From a virus (lineage: Duplodnaviria; Heunggongvirae; Uroviricota; Caudoviricetes), in IMG/VR virus record IMGVR_UViG_2718217885_000012, positions 1 through 41,649 of that record: a stretch of 41,649 bases of DNA, one strand, 5' to 3'. How positions within the stretch are numbered: position 1 is the first letter of the stretch; every line of letters begins with the position of its first letter. Positions 32,744 to 40,365 of the stretch are shown here, one piece after another. Under the pieces are notes generated by a model. The model did not search any database and was not told the origin of the DNA. It saw nothing but the letters and a program-made list of their open reading frames with translations. The position numbers and the translations under genes were made by a program.

Positions 32744-33013
32744 ATGATGAAATTCAAATTGAACGATGAAGTTAAATGGTCAAGCTCATCAAACGGTGTA
32801 ACGAAGGTAAAAATCGGGTTTATCGTCGAGGTGATTCCTCCTGGTGTCAACGTAAAAAAATTCGAACTAGGCCGTCTGCTAGATGCACCTGGCCTTCCGA
32901 GGAAAGAAGAGAGCTATATAGTTTGTGTAGGTCCAAGACCCGGATCTCGTGCCAAGCCAAAATATTACTGGCCGCGAGTTAATAACCTGCGTCACTTACA
33001 CGATGACAAATAG
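32744..33013 (+). CDS. Hypothetical protein (89 aa) immediately downstream of N
   Basis: GAGG RBS before the ATG at 32744 (the ORF-track start at 32735 is a TTG); no recognisable motif. Confidence 0.5.
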   Translation: MMKFKLNDEVKWSSSSNGVTKVKIGFIVEVIPPGVNVKKFELGRLLDAPGLPRKEESYIVCVGPRPGSRAKPKYYWPRVNNLRHLHDDK

Positions 33014-33068
33014 AAGTGAGTATCCTTGTTTTACTTTTTCGCGGCAAACCACTTATTTGAGGTGAGAT

Positions 33069-33539
33069 ATGACAAAATCATGGAGCGTACCTTTTCCTGA
33101 ATCAGAAACTGAACATGATGGAATGCCTGTTTTCTGGAGATTCCAGGCGACAGTTGAAGAAGATGGAATCAAAATATTCGCACTTCAATATATAGCTTTT
33201 CATCAGACAGAGCATTATGCATGGTTGGTTCCTGCGCATTGGATTGTTGATTTTAAACCAGCACCAAATCAGTGGTTACAGGAATGGAAACAAAGGAGAA
33301 ATAGATATGCAATTAAGAAAGTAGCAAAAAATGCAGAAAGATCTTTTGCATTCCCAACGAAGAAACTTGCCATTGAGAGTTTATTGCGCCGGAAGAAATA
33401 CCATTTAATGAGAATCAAACAAGATTTGGCTGTTGTATCAACGCTTGTTGATGGGATGAAGAATATTGATACATCAACACCAGATATTGAATATAACTTT
33501 GGACACAACCAAGAAACAGAAAATTGGGTATTTTATTAG
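33069..33539 (+). CDS. Hypothetical protein (156 aa), AT-rich, at the ral/sieB position
   Basis: GAGGTGAGAT RBS before the ATG; coding sequence visibly AT-rich compared with neighbours; no recognisable motif. Confidence 0.55.
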   Translation: MTKSWSVPFPESETEHDGMPVFWRFQATVEEDGIKIFALQYIAFHQTEHYAWLVPAHWIVDFKPAPNQWLQEWKQRRNRYAIKKVAKNAERSFAFPTKKLAIESLLRRKKYHLMRIKQDLAVVSTLVDGMKNIDTSTPDIEYNFGHNQETENWVFY

Positions 33540-33643
33540 TACGAATAAGCACTGTGTATTCATTCCAACGAGTGAATACACGGAGCAATGTCGCTCGTAA
33601 CTAAACAGGAGCCGACTTGTTCTGATTATTGGAAATCTTCTTT

Positions 33644-33670
33644 GCCCTCCAGTGTGAGGGCGTTTTTTTG
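33644..33670 (+). terminator. Intrinsic terminator (tL1-like) in the PL operon
   Basis: Hairpin GCCCTCC-AGTG-TGAGGGC followed by TTTTTTT. Confidence 0.7.
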
Positions 33671-33681
33671 ATGGAGGATAT

Positions 33682-34650
33682 ATGAGTGAAGTAACAGATT
33701 TAGTTGTTATTGAAAAAGCAAATGCAATGACTGTATTTCAGTCTGCCGACCAGATTGAAGAAATCCTTCAAAAGGTTGAACGCGAAGTTATGTCCTTTGT
33801 GCCTGATATCACAACGGCAAAGGGCAGAAAGGAGATCGCTTCTCTGGCGTATAAAGTTGCGCAGACGAAAACATATCTCGATGGTCTTGGCAAAGACCTT
33901 GTTGCTGAACTGAAGGAAATTCCAAAGCTAATTGATGCCAACCGCAAGACAGTGCGTGATCGCCTTGATGAGCTGAAAGCCAAGGCACGCCAGCCTCTTA
34001 CTGATTATGAGGAAGAACAGGCGCGGATTAAAGCTGAAGAAGAAGCTAAGGCAGCAGCTGAAGCTCTCGCAAAGCAAATTGAGTCTGACCATGAAATAGC
34101 GATTTTGATGGATCGCGAATTTGACCGCCAAAGAGAAGAGGCAAGACTCAAAGCGGAGCAGGAAAAGCGAGAGCATGAAGAACGCTTAAAAAGAGAAGCT
34201 GAAGAGAAAGCCAGAGCAGAAGCCGAAGCAAAGGCAAAAGCCGAAATTGAAGCAGCAGCAAGGCGAGAAGCAGAAGCTAAGGCCGCAGCGGAACGTGCAG
34301 AGCGTGAACGCATTGAAGCCGAGCAACGAGCACAGCGCGAAGCAAAAGAGGCAGCAGAACGAGCTGAAAGAGAAAAGCAGGCGGCAATTGAAGCAGAACG
34401 CCGAAAAGCACAGGAGGAGGCTGAACGAATCAGGCGCGAGGCTGAAGCAAAAGAGCAAGCCAGAATAGCAGAAGAAAAAAGAATCAAGGAAGAAGAAGAG
34501 CGTAGAGCAAAGGATAAAGCTCACCGGAAAGAAGTAAATAACAAAATACTTGCTGACCTTATCAAGGTTGGCGCATCAGAAGATGTTGCTAAAAATATCA
34601 TAACAGCCATCGTAAAAGGCGAAGTATTCGCAACAAAAATAACCTACTAA
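33682..34650 (+). CDS. Hypothetical protein with long charged E/R/K/A-rich helical central region
   Basis: GGAGGA RBS; globular N-terminal ~110 aa, ~170 aa of EAEAKAKAE/RREAE-type repeats, conserved-looking C-terminal ~40 aa. Confidence 0.6.
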   Translation: MSEVTDLVVIEKANAMTVFQSADQIEEILQKVEREVMSFVPDITTAKGRKEIASLAYKVAQTKTYLDGLGKDLVAELKEIPKLIDANRKTVRDRLDELKAKARQPLTDYEEEQARIKAEEEAKAAAEALAKQIESDHEIAILMDREFDRQREEARLKAEQEKREHEERLKREAEEKARAEAEAKAKAEIEAAARREAEAKAAAERAERERIEAEQRAQREAKEAAERAEREKQAAIEAERRKAQEEAERIRREAEAKEQARIAEEKRIKEEEERRAKDKAHRKEVNNKILADLIKVGASEDVAKNIITAIVKGEVFATKITY

Positions 34651-34674
34651 TAAAACCAACATAAGGAACCACCC

Positions 34675-34806
34675 ATGATTTACGCAATCGCGGGAGGCGC
34701 TCGCATGGGTGCCTTCCAACTAAATGAATCTTTACTTGAACGAATCACCCGTAAATTACGTGACGGATGGAAAAGAGTTGAGGTCTTATTATGCGCAATG
34801 AAATAG
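34675..34806 (+). CDS. cIII: CIII-like protease inhibitor
   Basis: MIYAIAG...ESLLERITRKLRDGWKR matches the conserved core of lambda CIII by recall; AAGGA RBS; below the ORF-track cutoff. Confidence 0.7.
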   Translation: MIYAIAGGARMGAFQLNESLLERITRKLRDGWKRVEVLLCAMK

Positions 34807-34943
34807 CCATCAATCACCAGATGCTTCGTGCTGCACAGAACAAAGCAGTAATAGCCAGATTTATTGGTGATTCAAAAATGTGGCTTGAAGCAAATAAAGC
34901 AATGAAATCAGCTATCAACCTTCCGTGGTATCGCAGGAAATGA
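34791..34943 (+). CDS. kil: Kil-like host division inhibitor
   Basis: Central segment IARFIGDSKMWLEA resembles lambda Kil by recall; overlaps the cIII stop. Confidence 0.5.
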   Translation: MRNEIAINHQMLRAAQNKAVIARFIGDSKMWLEANKAMKSAINLPWYRRK

Positions 34944-35098
34944 GTTTTACAGACAACTGGTCAGACGAAGAATTCATTCGTCAGATGAAAGATTTAATCG
35001 GTAACGAAGGAGATATTCATGTCACTTGCAACCACAGTGAAGGAGAGCAAGTTACAGAGACGCATGTACACGCAGAAAGCTCTCTGGTATCGCCATAA
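34940..35098 (+). CDS. Small hypothetical protein (52 aa) upstream of erf
   Basis: ATG overlaps the kil stop (ATGA); position corresponds to arf in P22-like PL operons, but no sequence recognition. Confidence 0.35.
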   Translation: MSFTDNWSDEEFIRQMKDLIGNEGDIHVTCNHSEGEQVTETHVHAESSLVSP

Positions 35099-35199
35099 TG
35101 GTGACCGCGAAGGAATGCGGGTATGCCTTAATTTGTCCCGAGTCGAAGTATTAAATCAGCGTTATTTCCTTGGGCCGTGTCCATTCTGAGATCAAACAT

Positions 35200-35805
35200 A
35201 TGAGCAAAGAATTTTATGCAAGGCTGGCAGCCATTCAGGAGAATCTGAACGCGCCAAAGAATCAGTACAACTCATTCGGTAAATATAAATACAGAAGCTG
35301 CGAAGACATTCTTGAAGGCGTTAAGCCGTTACTGAATGGCCTGTTTTTATCAATCAGCGATGAAGTTGTGTTGATTGGTGATCGGTATTACGTGAAAGCA
35401 ACGGCAACTATTACTGATGGCGAAAACAGTCATACAGCAACCGCTCTTGCACGAGAGGAAGAAAGCAAGAAAGGAATGGATTCTGCACAAGTTACGGGAG
35501 CTACAAGCTCTTATGCACGCAAGTATTGCCTCAATGGTTTGTTCGGCATTGATGATGCGAAAGATGCAGATACAGACGAGCATAAACATCAGCAGAACGC
35601 AGCAGCAAAGCAATCAAAACCATCACCTACACCTGAACAGGTTCTAAAGGCATTCACTGACGCAGCAATGCAAAAAAACACCGTGGAAGAGCTTAAACAG
35701 GCGTTCGCCAAAGCGTGGAAGATGCTCGAAGGCACACCGGAGCAGCACAAAGCGCAGGACGTTTACAACATCAGACGAGACGAATTAGAAGGAGCGGCTG
35801 CTTAA
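35200..35805 (+). CDS. erf: Erf-family single-strand annealing protein
   Basis: MSKEFYARLAAIQENLNAPKNQYNSFGKYKYRSCEDILEGVKPLLN matches the ERF family by recall; the ORF-track start at 35170 is a TTG. Confidence 0.8.
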   Translation: MSKEFYARLAAIQENLNAPKNQYNSFGKYKYRSCEDILEGVKPLLNGLFLSISDEVVLIGDRYYVKATATITDGENSHTATALAREEESKKGMDSAQVTGATSSYARKYCLNGLFGIDDAKDADTDEHKHQQNAAAKQSKPSPTPEQVLKAFTDAAMQKNTVEELKQAFAKAWKMLEGTPEQHKAQDVYNIRRDELEGAAA

Positions 35806-36185
35806 TGGCACATTCGATTACTGTAAGACTAAACAAGCCCGCAAGAGAGTTTCAGGCCGGGGAAAATATCGGATTCAACATCCGTGCTGGCGTTCAGTAT
35901 TACGATCGCCAGACAAAAAAGAAAGAATGGACAAACTACAGCGCCGTTGTATTTGCCAAGCCGGGAGCGCAAGCGGATTACTACCGTAGTGTTCTTGTTG
36001 AAGGTGGCATTGTGGAAATTACCGGAGAAAACATCAGGGTTGATGTTTATCAGGGGCAAAATGGTCAATCAATCACCCTTGAATTACTGAATGCAAAGAT
36101 TGGATTTGCAGCTTCAGGAAATGGCCAGCAGCAAAGTAGTAACCAGCAGAACACTCCTGAATACGACGATTCCATCCCCTTCTGA
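35805..36185 (+). CDS. ssb: Single-stranded DNA-binding protein (SSB-like, acidic C-terminal tail)
   Basis: ATG overlaps the erf stop (TAATG); Gly/Gln-rich linker and C-terminal DDSIPF resembling the bacterial SSB tail DDDIPF. Confidence 0.7.
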   Translation: MAHSITVRLNKPAREFQAGENIGFNIRAGVQYYDRQTKKKEWTNYSAVVFAKPGAQADYYRSVLVEGGIVEITGENIRVDVYQGQNGQSITLELLNAKIGFAASGNGQQQSSNQQNTPEYDDSIPF

Positions 36186-36208
36186 TTTAGAAAAATAAGG
36201 ATTTAATT

Positions 36209-36505
36209 ATGCCAGCGCCTCTGTATGGTGCGGATGACCCGCGCCGCTGTTCCGGCAAATCCGTATCGGAGGTGCTGGATAAATTCAGAAAAAACTACGA
36301 CCTGATAATGTCGCTACCGCAGGAAACGAAAGAGGAAAAGGAATTTCGCCACTGTATATGGCTTGCAGAGAAAGAAGAACGCGAGCGAATTTACCAGACA
36401 TCAATCCGACCATTCCGCAAAGCCACATATACCCACTTCCCTGAATATATCGACCCGCGCCTGCGTAATTACCGCTCACGCTATGGCGCTATCAGTAATG
36501 ACTGA
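36209..36505 (+). CDS. Hypothetical protein (98 aa) downstream of the erf-ssb module
   Basis: AAGGA RBS; sits where P22-like phages carry abc (anti-RecBCD) genes, but homology not established. Confidence 0.5.
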   Translation: MPAPLYGADDPRRCSGKSVSEVLDKFRKNYDLIMSLPQETKEEKEFRHCIWLAEKEERERIYQTSIRPFRKATYTHFPEYIDPRLRNYRSRYGAISND

Positions 36506-36515
36506 GGAATTTACC

Positions 36516-36680
36516 ATGAGAGGACGTGCATACAATCCCGGCATTCTTCCGGCAGAAATGATTATTCGCCAACGCGTAAAGCCAATGCCATCGAGAGAGG
36601 AATTGCTTAAGAGAAATTCTTTTCCATCAGTAAATCAAAACAAATATCTGAATGCGATGTGGCGGAGTGGGAAGAAATGA
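36516..36680 (+). CDS. Small hypothetical protein (54 aa)
   Basis: GAGGA RBS 7 nt before the ATG; stop overlaps the next gene's ATG. Confidence 0.4.
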   Translation: MRGRAYNPGILPAEMIIRQRVKPMPSREELLKRNSFPSVNQNKYLNAMWRSGKK

Positions 36681-37411
36681 AACAAATGTCACTAATTGAG
36701 ATGGATGGATTTCTGAAAGGTAAATGCATCCCACGAGATTTAAAGGTTAACGAAACAAACGCTGAATATCTGGTGCGTAAGTTCGGTGAACTTGAATCAA
36801 AACTCAACGAGCAGCGTGAGTATTACGAAGGTGTTATCTCGGATGGGAGTAAGCACATAGCAGAACTGGAAAAACAATGCGCCGAATGGGAGCGAAAAGC
36901 ATTCAGCAACTTTGAAGAGTGTGCTGCGATGGCTGAACATATCGAAGAGATGCAGACAAAATCTACACCAGATTCGTTTGGCATCATCGGTGAAAATATT
37001 CGAACACAGGATAATCGAATAACGTCAGACCCTATGTTTTGTGTGTATCAAAAGTGCGAAATCGTTGTTGATGCTGATTATGACTATGACCGGATTGTCT
37101 GGGTTGATGAAGATGGCAATGAAGCCAATAAACGCCAAAGTCGTCGTCTCGAACTACTTCACGAAAACTTTCGAGAGCAGCCAGAAAAATGGCGGCGCGT
37201 TGCTGTGAAAGATATTGATGAATTCGTTACCTGCTGTTTCACCGAACAGGGTTGTAAAGACTACCTGGCAGCCAATGGTCACAATCTTCGCTTGCCATTT
37301 ATATATGTAAGAAGCGGTTTCAGGAACGCTGAATATATCGGCATAAGAAACTGGCTTGCTGGCATTCGCATCAAAGGAGACGCAGGAGAACAAAACGATG
37401 AAAAACCGTAA
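36677..37411 (+). CDS. Ea22-like early-region protein
   Basis: ATG overlaps the upstream stop (ATGA); coiled-coil N-terminal part and a Cys-containing C-terminal domain, which I recall as Ea22-like; weak recognition. Confidence 0.5.
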   Translation: MKQMSLIEMDGFLKGKCIPRDLKVNETNAEYLVRKFGELESKLNEQREYYEGVISDGSKHIAELEKQCAEWERKAFSNFEECAAMAEHIEEMQTKSTPDSFGIIGENIRTQDNRITSDPMFCVYQKCEIVVDADYDYDRIVWVDEDGNEANKRQSRRLELLHENFREQPEKWRRVAVKDIDEFVTCCFTEQGCKDYLAANGHNLRLPFIYVRSGFRNAEYIGIRNWLAGIRIKGDAGEQNDEKP

Positions 37412-37574
37412 AGCAAAATTACTTCTTTTATCGCGTTCGACGGGGTACGAGAAGCTACCAATCAGCAATCACAAACGGGCGGTGATCGGCATGTTTGGTA
37501 GGGTGGTATTCGCATTTAACTATAAACCCACCGCGTCGCGGAACAGACGAGAGAAGGGGTACGCAGTGCGATGA
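37398..37574 (+). CDS. Small basic ORF (58 aa) beginning MKNRKAK, overlapping the end of the Ea22-like gene
   Basis: Starts inside the preceding gene in another frame; its stop overlaps the start of a paralogous MKNRKAK ORF. Confidence 0.3.
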   Translation: MKNRKAKLLLLSRSTGYEKLPISNHKRAVIGMFGRVVFAFNYKPTASRNRREKGYAVR

Positions 37575-37723
37575 AAAACCGTAAGGCAAAGATGCTGATA
37601 GCAAAGCCCGGGCAGCGTATCCGTATCTCAAATCGGCTTGTTATTTACTATAGATATCTGGGTTTTAGGGGGTGTTCCTCTATTCGTTTTTACGGTGTCT
37701 GGCGAAACAGAAGCGCAGCATAA
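37571..37723 (+). CDS. Small basic ORF (50 aa) beginning MKNRKAK (paralogous start)
   Basis: Shares the 20-nt start sequence GATGAAAAACCGTAARGCAAA with the ORF at 37398. Confidence 0.3.
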   Translation: MKNRKAKMLIAKPGQRIRISNRLVIYYRYLGFRGCSSIRFYGVWRNRSAA

Positions 37724-37763
37724 AACCGCTGGAAAAACCACTTTCGCACTAAAGGAGAGTGAT

Positions 37764-38657
37764 ATGACCACTTTCACCGACAAAGAACTGATTAAAGAAA
37801 TCAAAGAGCGTATCAGCAGCCTGGACGTTCGAGACAATATTGAACGCCGGGCTTATGAAATTGCACTGGCATCGCTGGAAGCAGATCCAGTTGCTTATAT
37901 TTTCAAACATCCGGCCGGGAAATTATTCTGGGCTTTAACGGATGAAAGCAATAAAGAGCAAGCGGACGTTATTCCTGTTTATGCCGCCCCTCCAGTACCA
38001 GTAGTACCTGCTGCATTACCTGAGAACGACGATGAGGACGGGCATGACATTGATTATCTTGAGCCATCTGAAGTTTACTCGCTTGGGCGAACAGCTGGCT
38101 GGAACGCCTGCCGCACCGCCATGCTTCAGCCCGGAAACTTTCGGGAAAACAAGAATTCGTCAACCAATAATTTTCGGGAAATCGCGGAAACGTCAACCAA
38201 CTATCCGGCAATTCCTAGTGAGGTGTTGTCCGCAATCCTGAAGGTTGCCAGGATTCGTGCCGATTTCGATGATTTTGACGGTGACAGGCGAGGTATCGGT
38301 GATTGTCTGGATGAGGCTGAGCAAGAGCTTATCGTTACCATTAACAAATATGCCAGTCAGTTGGCAGCAGAACCTATAGCGCCTAATGACGTTCGAGAGC
38401 AGACAGCCATTCCACAAGTTCCGGTAATTCCGGATGGTTGGATCAGCTGTAGTGAGCGAATGCCGAAAAAGAATCAGAACGTACTTATTTCGGTGAATTT
38501 CGATAGTGATCTGGTTGAGCCGCTAATATGCTCCGCACGCTATACAGGAAGCACATTCCGGCGCGGAGATGCAACGATTAAGCCTGGTAATGGTATTGAG
38601 CAAGCAACTCACTGGATGCCGCTGCCAGAACCGCCGCAGGAGGTTAACCGTGGCTAA
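37764..38657 (+). CDS. Hypothetical protein with C-terminal DUF551-like domain
   Basis: AAGGAGAG RBS before the ATG at 37764; C-terminal domain with SERMPKKNQNVLISV and THWMPLPEPP motifs. Confidence 0.6.
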   Translation: MTTFTDKELIKEIKERISSLDVRDNIERRAYEIALASLEADPVAYIFKHPAGKLFWALTDESNKEQADVIPVYAAPPVPVVPAALPENDDEDGHDIDYLEPSEVYSLGRTAGWNACRTAMLQPGNFRENKNSSTNNFREIAETSTNYPAIPSEVLSAILKVARIRADFDDFDGDRRGIGDCLDEAEQELIVTINKYASQLAAEPIAPNDVREQTAIPQVPVIPDGWISCSERMPKKNQNVLISVNFDSDLVEPLICSARYTGSTFRRGDATIKPGNGIEQATHWMPLPEPPQEVNRG

Positions 38658-38757
38658 CCTGCAACTTGCCGTTAAAGGTGAATAACAATCCTCGCACTCG
38701 CGGGGATTTCTTTTATCTGAACTCGCTACGGCGGGTTTTGTTTTATGGAGATGATAA

Positions 38758-38925
38758 ATGCACTTCCGAGTCACAGGTGAATGGAATGGAGAACCATTCA
38801 ACAGAGTTATCGAAGCAGAGAACATCAATGACTGCTATGACCACTGGATGATATGGGCGCAGATAGCACATGCAGACGTAACCAATATTCGAATTGAAGA
38901 ACTGAAAGAACACCAAGCCGCCTGA
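38758..38925 (+). CDS. Small hypothetical protein (55 aa) upstream of xis
   Basis: Hand-translated MHFRVTGEWNGEPFNRVIEAENINDCYDHWMIWAQIAHADVTNIRIEELKEHQAA; weak RBS. Confidence 0.35.
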   Translation: MHFRVTGEWNGEPFNRVIEAENINDCYDHWMIWAQIAHADVTNIRIEELKEHQAA

Positions 38926-38964
38926 TGGCGGTTTTTTCTTGCGTGTAATTGCGGAGACTTTGCG

Positions 38965-39183
38965 ATGTACTTAACACTTCAGGAGTGGAACGCACGCCAG
39001 CGGCGCCCAAGAAGCCTTGAAACAGTTCGTCGATGGGTTCGCGAGTGCAGGATATTCCCTCCTCCGGTTAAGGATGGAAGAGAGTATCTGTTCCACGAAT
39101 CAGCGGTAAAGGTTGACTTAAATCGACCAGTAACAGGTAGCCTTTTGAAGAGGATCAGAAATGGGAAGAAGGCGAAGTCATGA
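38965..39183 (+). CDS. xis: Excisionase Xis
   Basis: MYLTLQEWNARQRRPRSLETVRRWVRECRIFPPPVKDGREYLFHESAVKVDLNRPVTGSLLKRIRNGKKAKS matches lambda Xis (72 aa) by recall; overlaps the int start. Confidence 0.95.
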   Translation: MYLTLQEWNARQRRPRSLETVRRWVRECRIFPPPVKDGREYLFHESAVKVDLNRPVTGSLLKRIRNGKKAKS

Positions 39184-40231
39184 GCGCCGGGATTTACCCC
39201 CTAATCTTTATATAAGAAACAATGGATATTACTGCTACAGGGACCCAAGGACGGGTAAAGAGTTTGGATTAGGCCGAGACAGGAGGATAGCAATCACTGA
39301 AGCTATACAGGCCAACATTGAGTTATTTTCAGGACACAAACACAAGCCTCTGACAGCGAGAATCAACAGTGATAATTCTGTTACGTTACATTCATGGCTT
39401 GATCGCTACGAAAAAATCCTCGCCAACAGAGGAATCAAGCAGAAGACACTCATAAATTACATGAGCAAAATTAAAGCAATAAGGAGGGGTCTGCCTGATG
39501 CTCCACTTGAAGACATCACCACAAAAGAAATTGCGGCAATGCTCAATGGATACATAGACGAGGGCAAGGCGGCGTCAGCCAAGTTAATAAGATCAACACT
39601 GAGCGATGCATTCCGAGAGGCAATAGCTGAAGGCCATATAACAACAAACCCTGTCGCTGCCACTCGCGCAGCAAAATCAGAGGTAAGGAGATCAAGACTT
39701 ACGGCTGACGAATACCTGAAAATTTATCAAGCAGCAGAATCATCTCCATGTTGGCTCAGACTTGCAATGAAACTGGCTGTTGTTACCGGGCAACGAGTTG
39801 GTGATTTATGCGAAATGAAGTGGTCTGATATCGTAGATGGATATCTTTATGTCGAGCAAAGCAAAACAGGCGTAAAAATTGCCATCCCTACAACATTGCA
39901 TGTTGATGCTCTCGGGATATCAATGAAGGAAACACTTGATAAATGCAAAGAGATTCTTGGCGGAGAAACCATAATTGCATCTACTCGTCGTGAACCGCTT
40001 TCATCCGGCACAGTATCAAGGTATTTTATGCGCGCACGAAAAGCATCAGGTCTTTCCTTCGAAGGGGATCCGCCTACCTTTCACGAGTTGCGCAGTTTGT
40101 CTGCAAGACTCTATGAGAAGCAGATAAGCGATAAGTTTGCTCAACATCTTCTCGGGCATAAGTCGGACACCATGGCATCACAGTATCGTGATGACAGAGG
40201 CAGGGAGTGGGACAAAATTGAAATCAAATAA
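39161..40231 (+). CDS. int: Tyrosine integrase Int
   Basis: 356 aa; MGRRRSHERRDLPPNLYIRNNGYYCYRDPRTGKEFGLGRD... near-identical to lambda Int by recall; catalytic region HELRSL...LLGH...Y present. Confidence 0.95.
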   Translation: MGRRRSHERRDLPPNLYIRNNGYYCYRDPRTGKEFGLGRDRRIAITEAIQANIELFSGHKHKPLTARINSDNSVTLHSWLDRYEKILANRGIKQKTLINYMSKIKAIRRGLPDAPLEDITTKEIAAMLNGYIDEGKAASAKLIRSTLSDAFREAIAEGHITTNPVAATRAAKSEVRRSRLTADEYLKIYQAAESSPCWLRLAMKLAVVTGQRVGDLCEMKWSDIVDGYLYVEQSKTGVKIAIPTTLHVDALGISMKETLDKCKEILGGETIIASTRREPLSSGTVSRYFMRARKASGLSFEGDPPTFHELRSLSARLYEKQISDKFAQHLLGHKSDTMASQYRDDRGREWDKIEIK

Positions 40232-40305
40232 TGATTTTATTTTGACTGATAGTGACCTGTTCGTTGCAAGAAATTGATAAGCAATGCTTTTTTATAATGC
40301 CAACT

Positions 40306-40320
40306 TAGTATAAAAAAGCA
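40306..40320. repeat. att core (right prophage junction; phage P' arm to the left, bacterial arm to the right)
   Basis: Exact 15-bp copy of 91-105; preceded by GCAATGCTTTTTTATAATGCCAACT (lambda P'-arm-like, 75 bp after the int stop); followed by CAGGCTTCA and ybhC. Confidence 0.85.
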
Positions 40321-40365
40321 GGCTTCAACGGATTCATTTTTCTATTTCATAGCCCGGAGCAACCT

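Noticed and set aside
33554-33581. 9-bp inverted repeat GTGTATTCA/TGAATACAC after the 156-aa gene, considered as a terminator
   Set aside because: No downstream U-run; the real terminator appears to be the GC-rich hairpin at 33644-33670. It is mentioned only as part of the N-downstream finding.
34005-34524. Minus-strand ORFs of 160 and 112 aa rich in Ser/Ala/Cys/Phe
   Set aside because: They are antisense shadows of the repetitive GAA/GCA-rich coding sequence of the 322-aa charged-helix protein; their low-complexity composition is a direct complement artefact.
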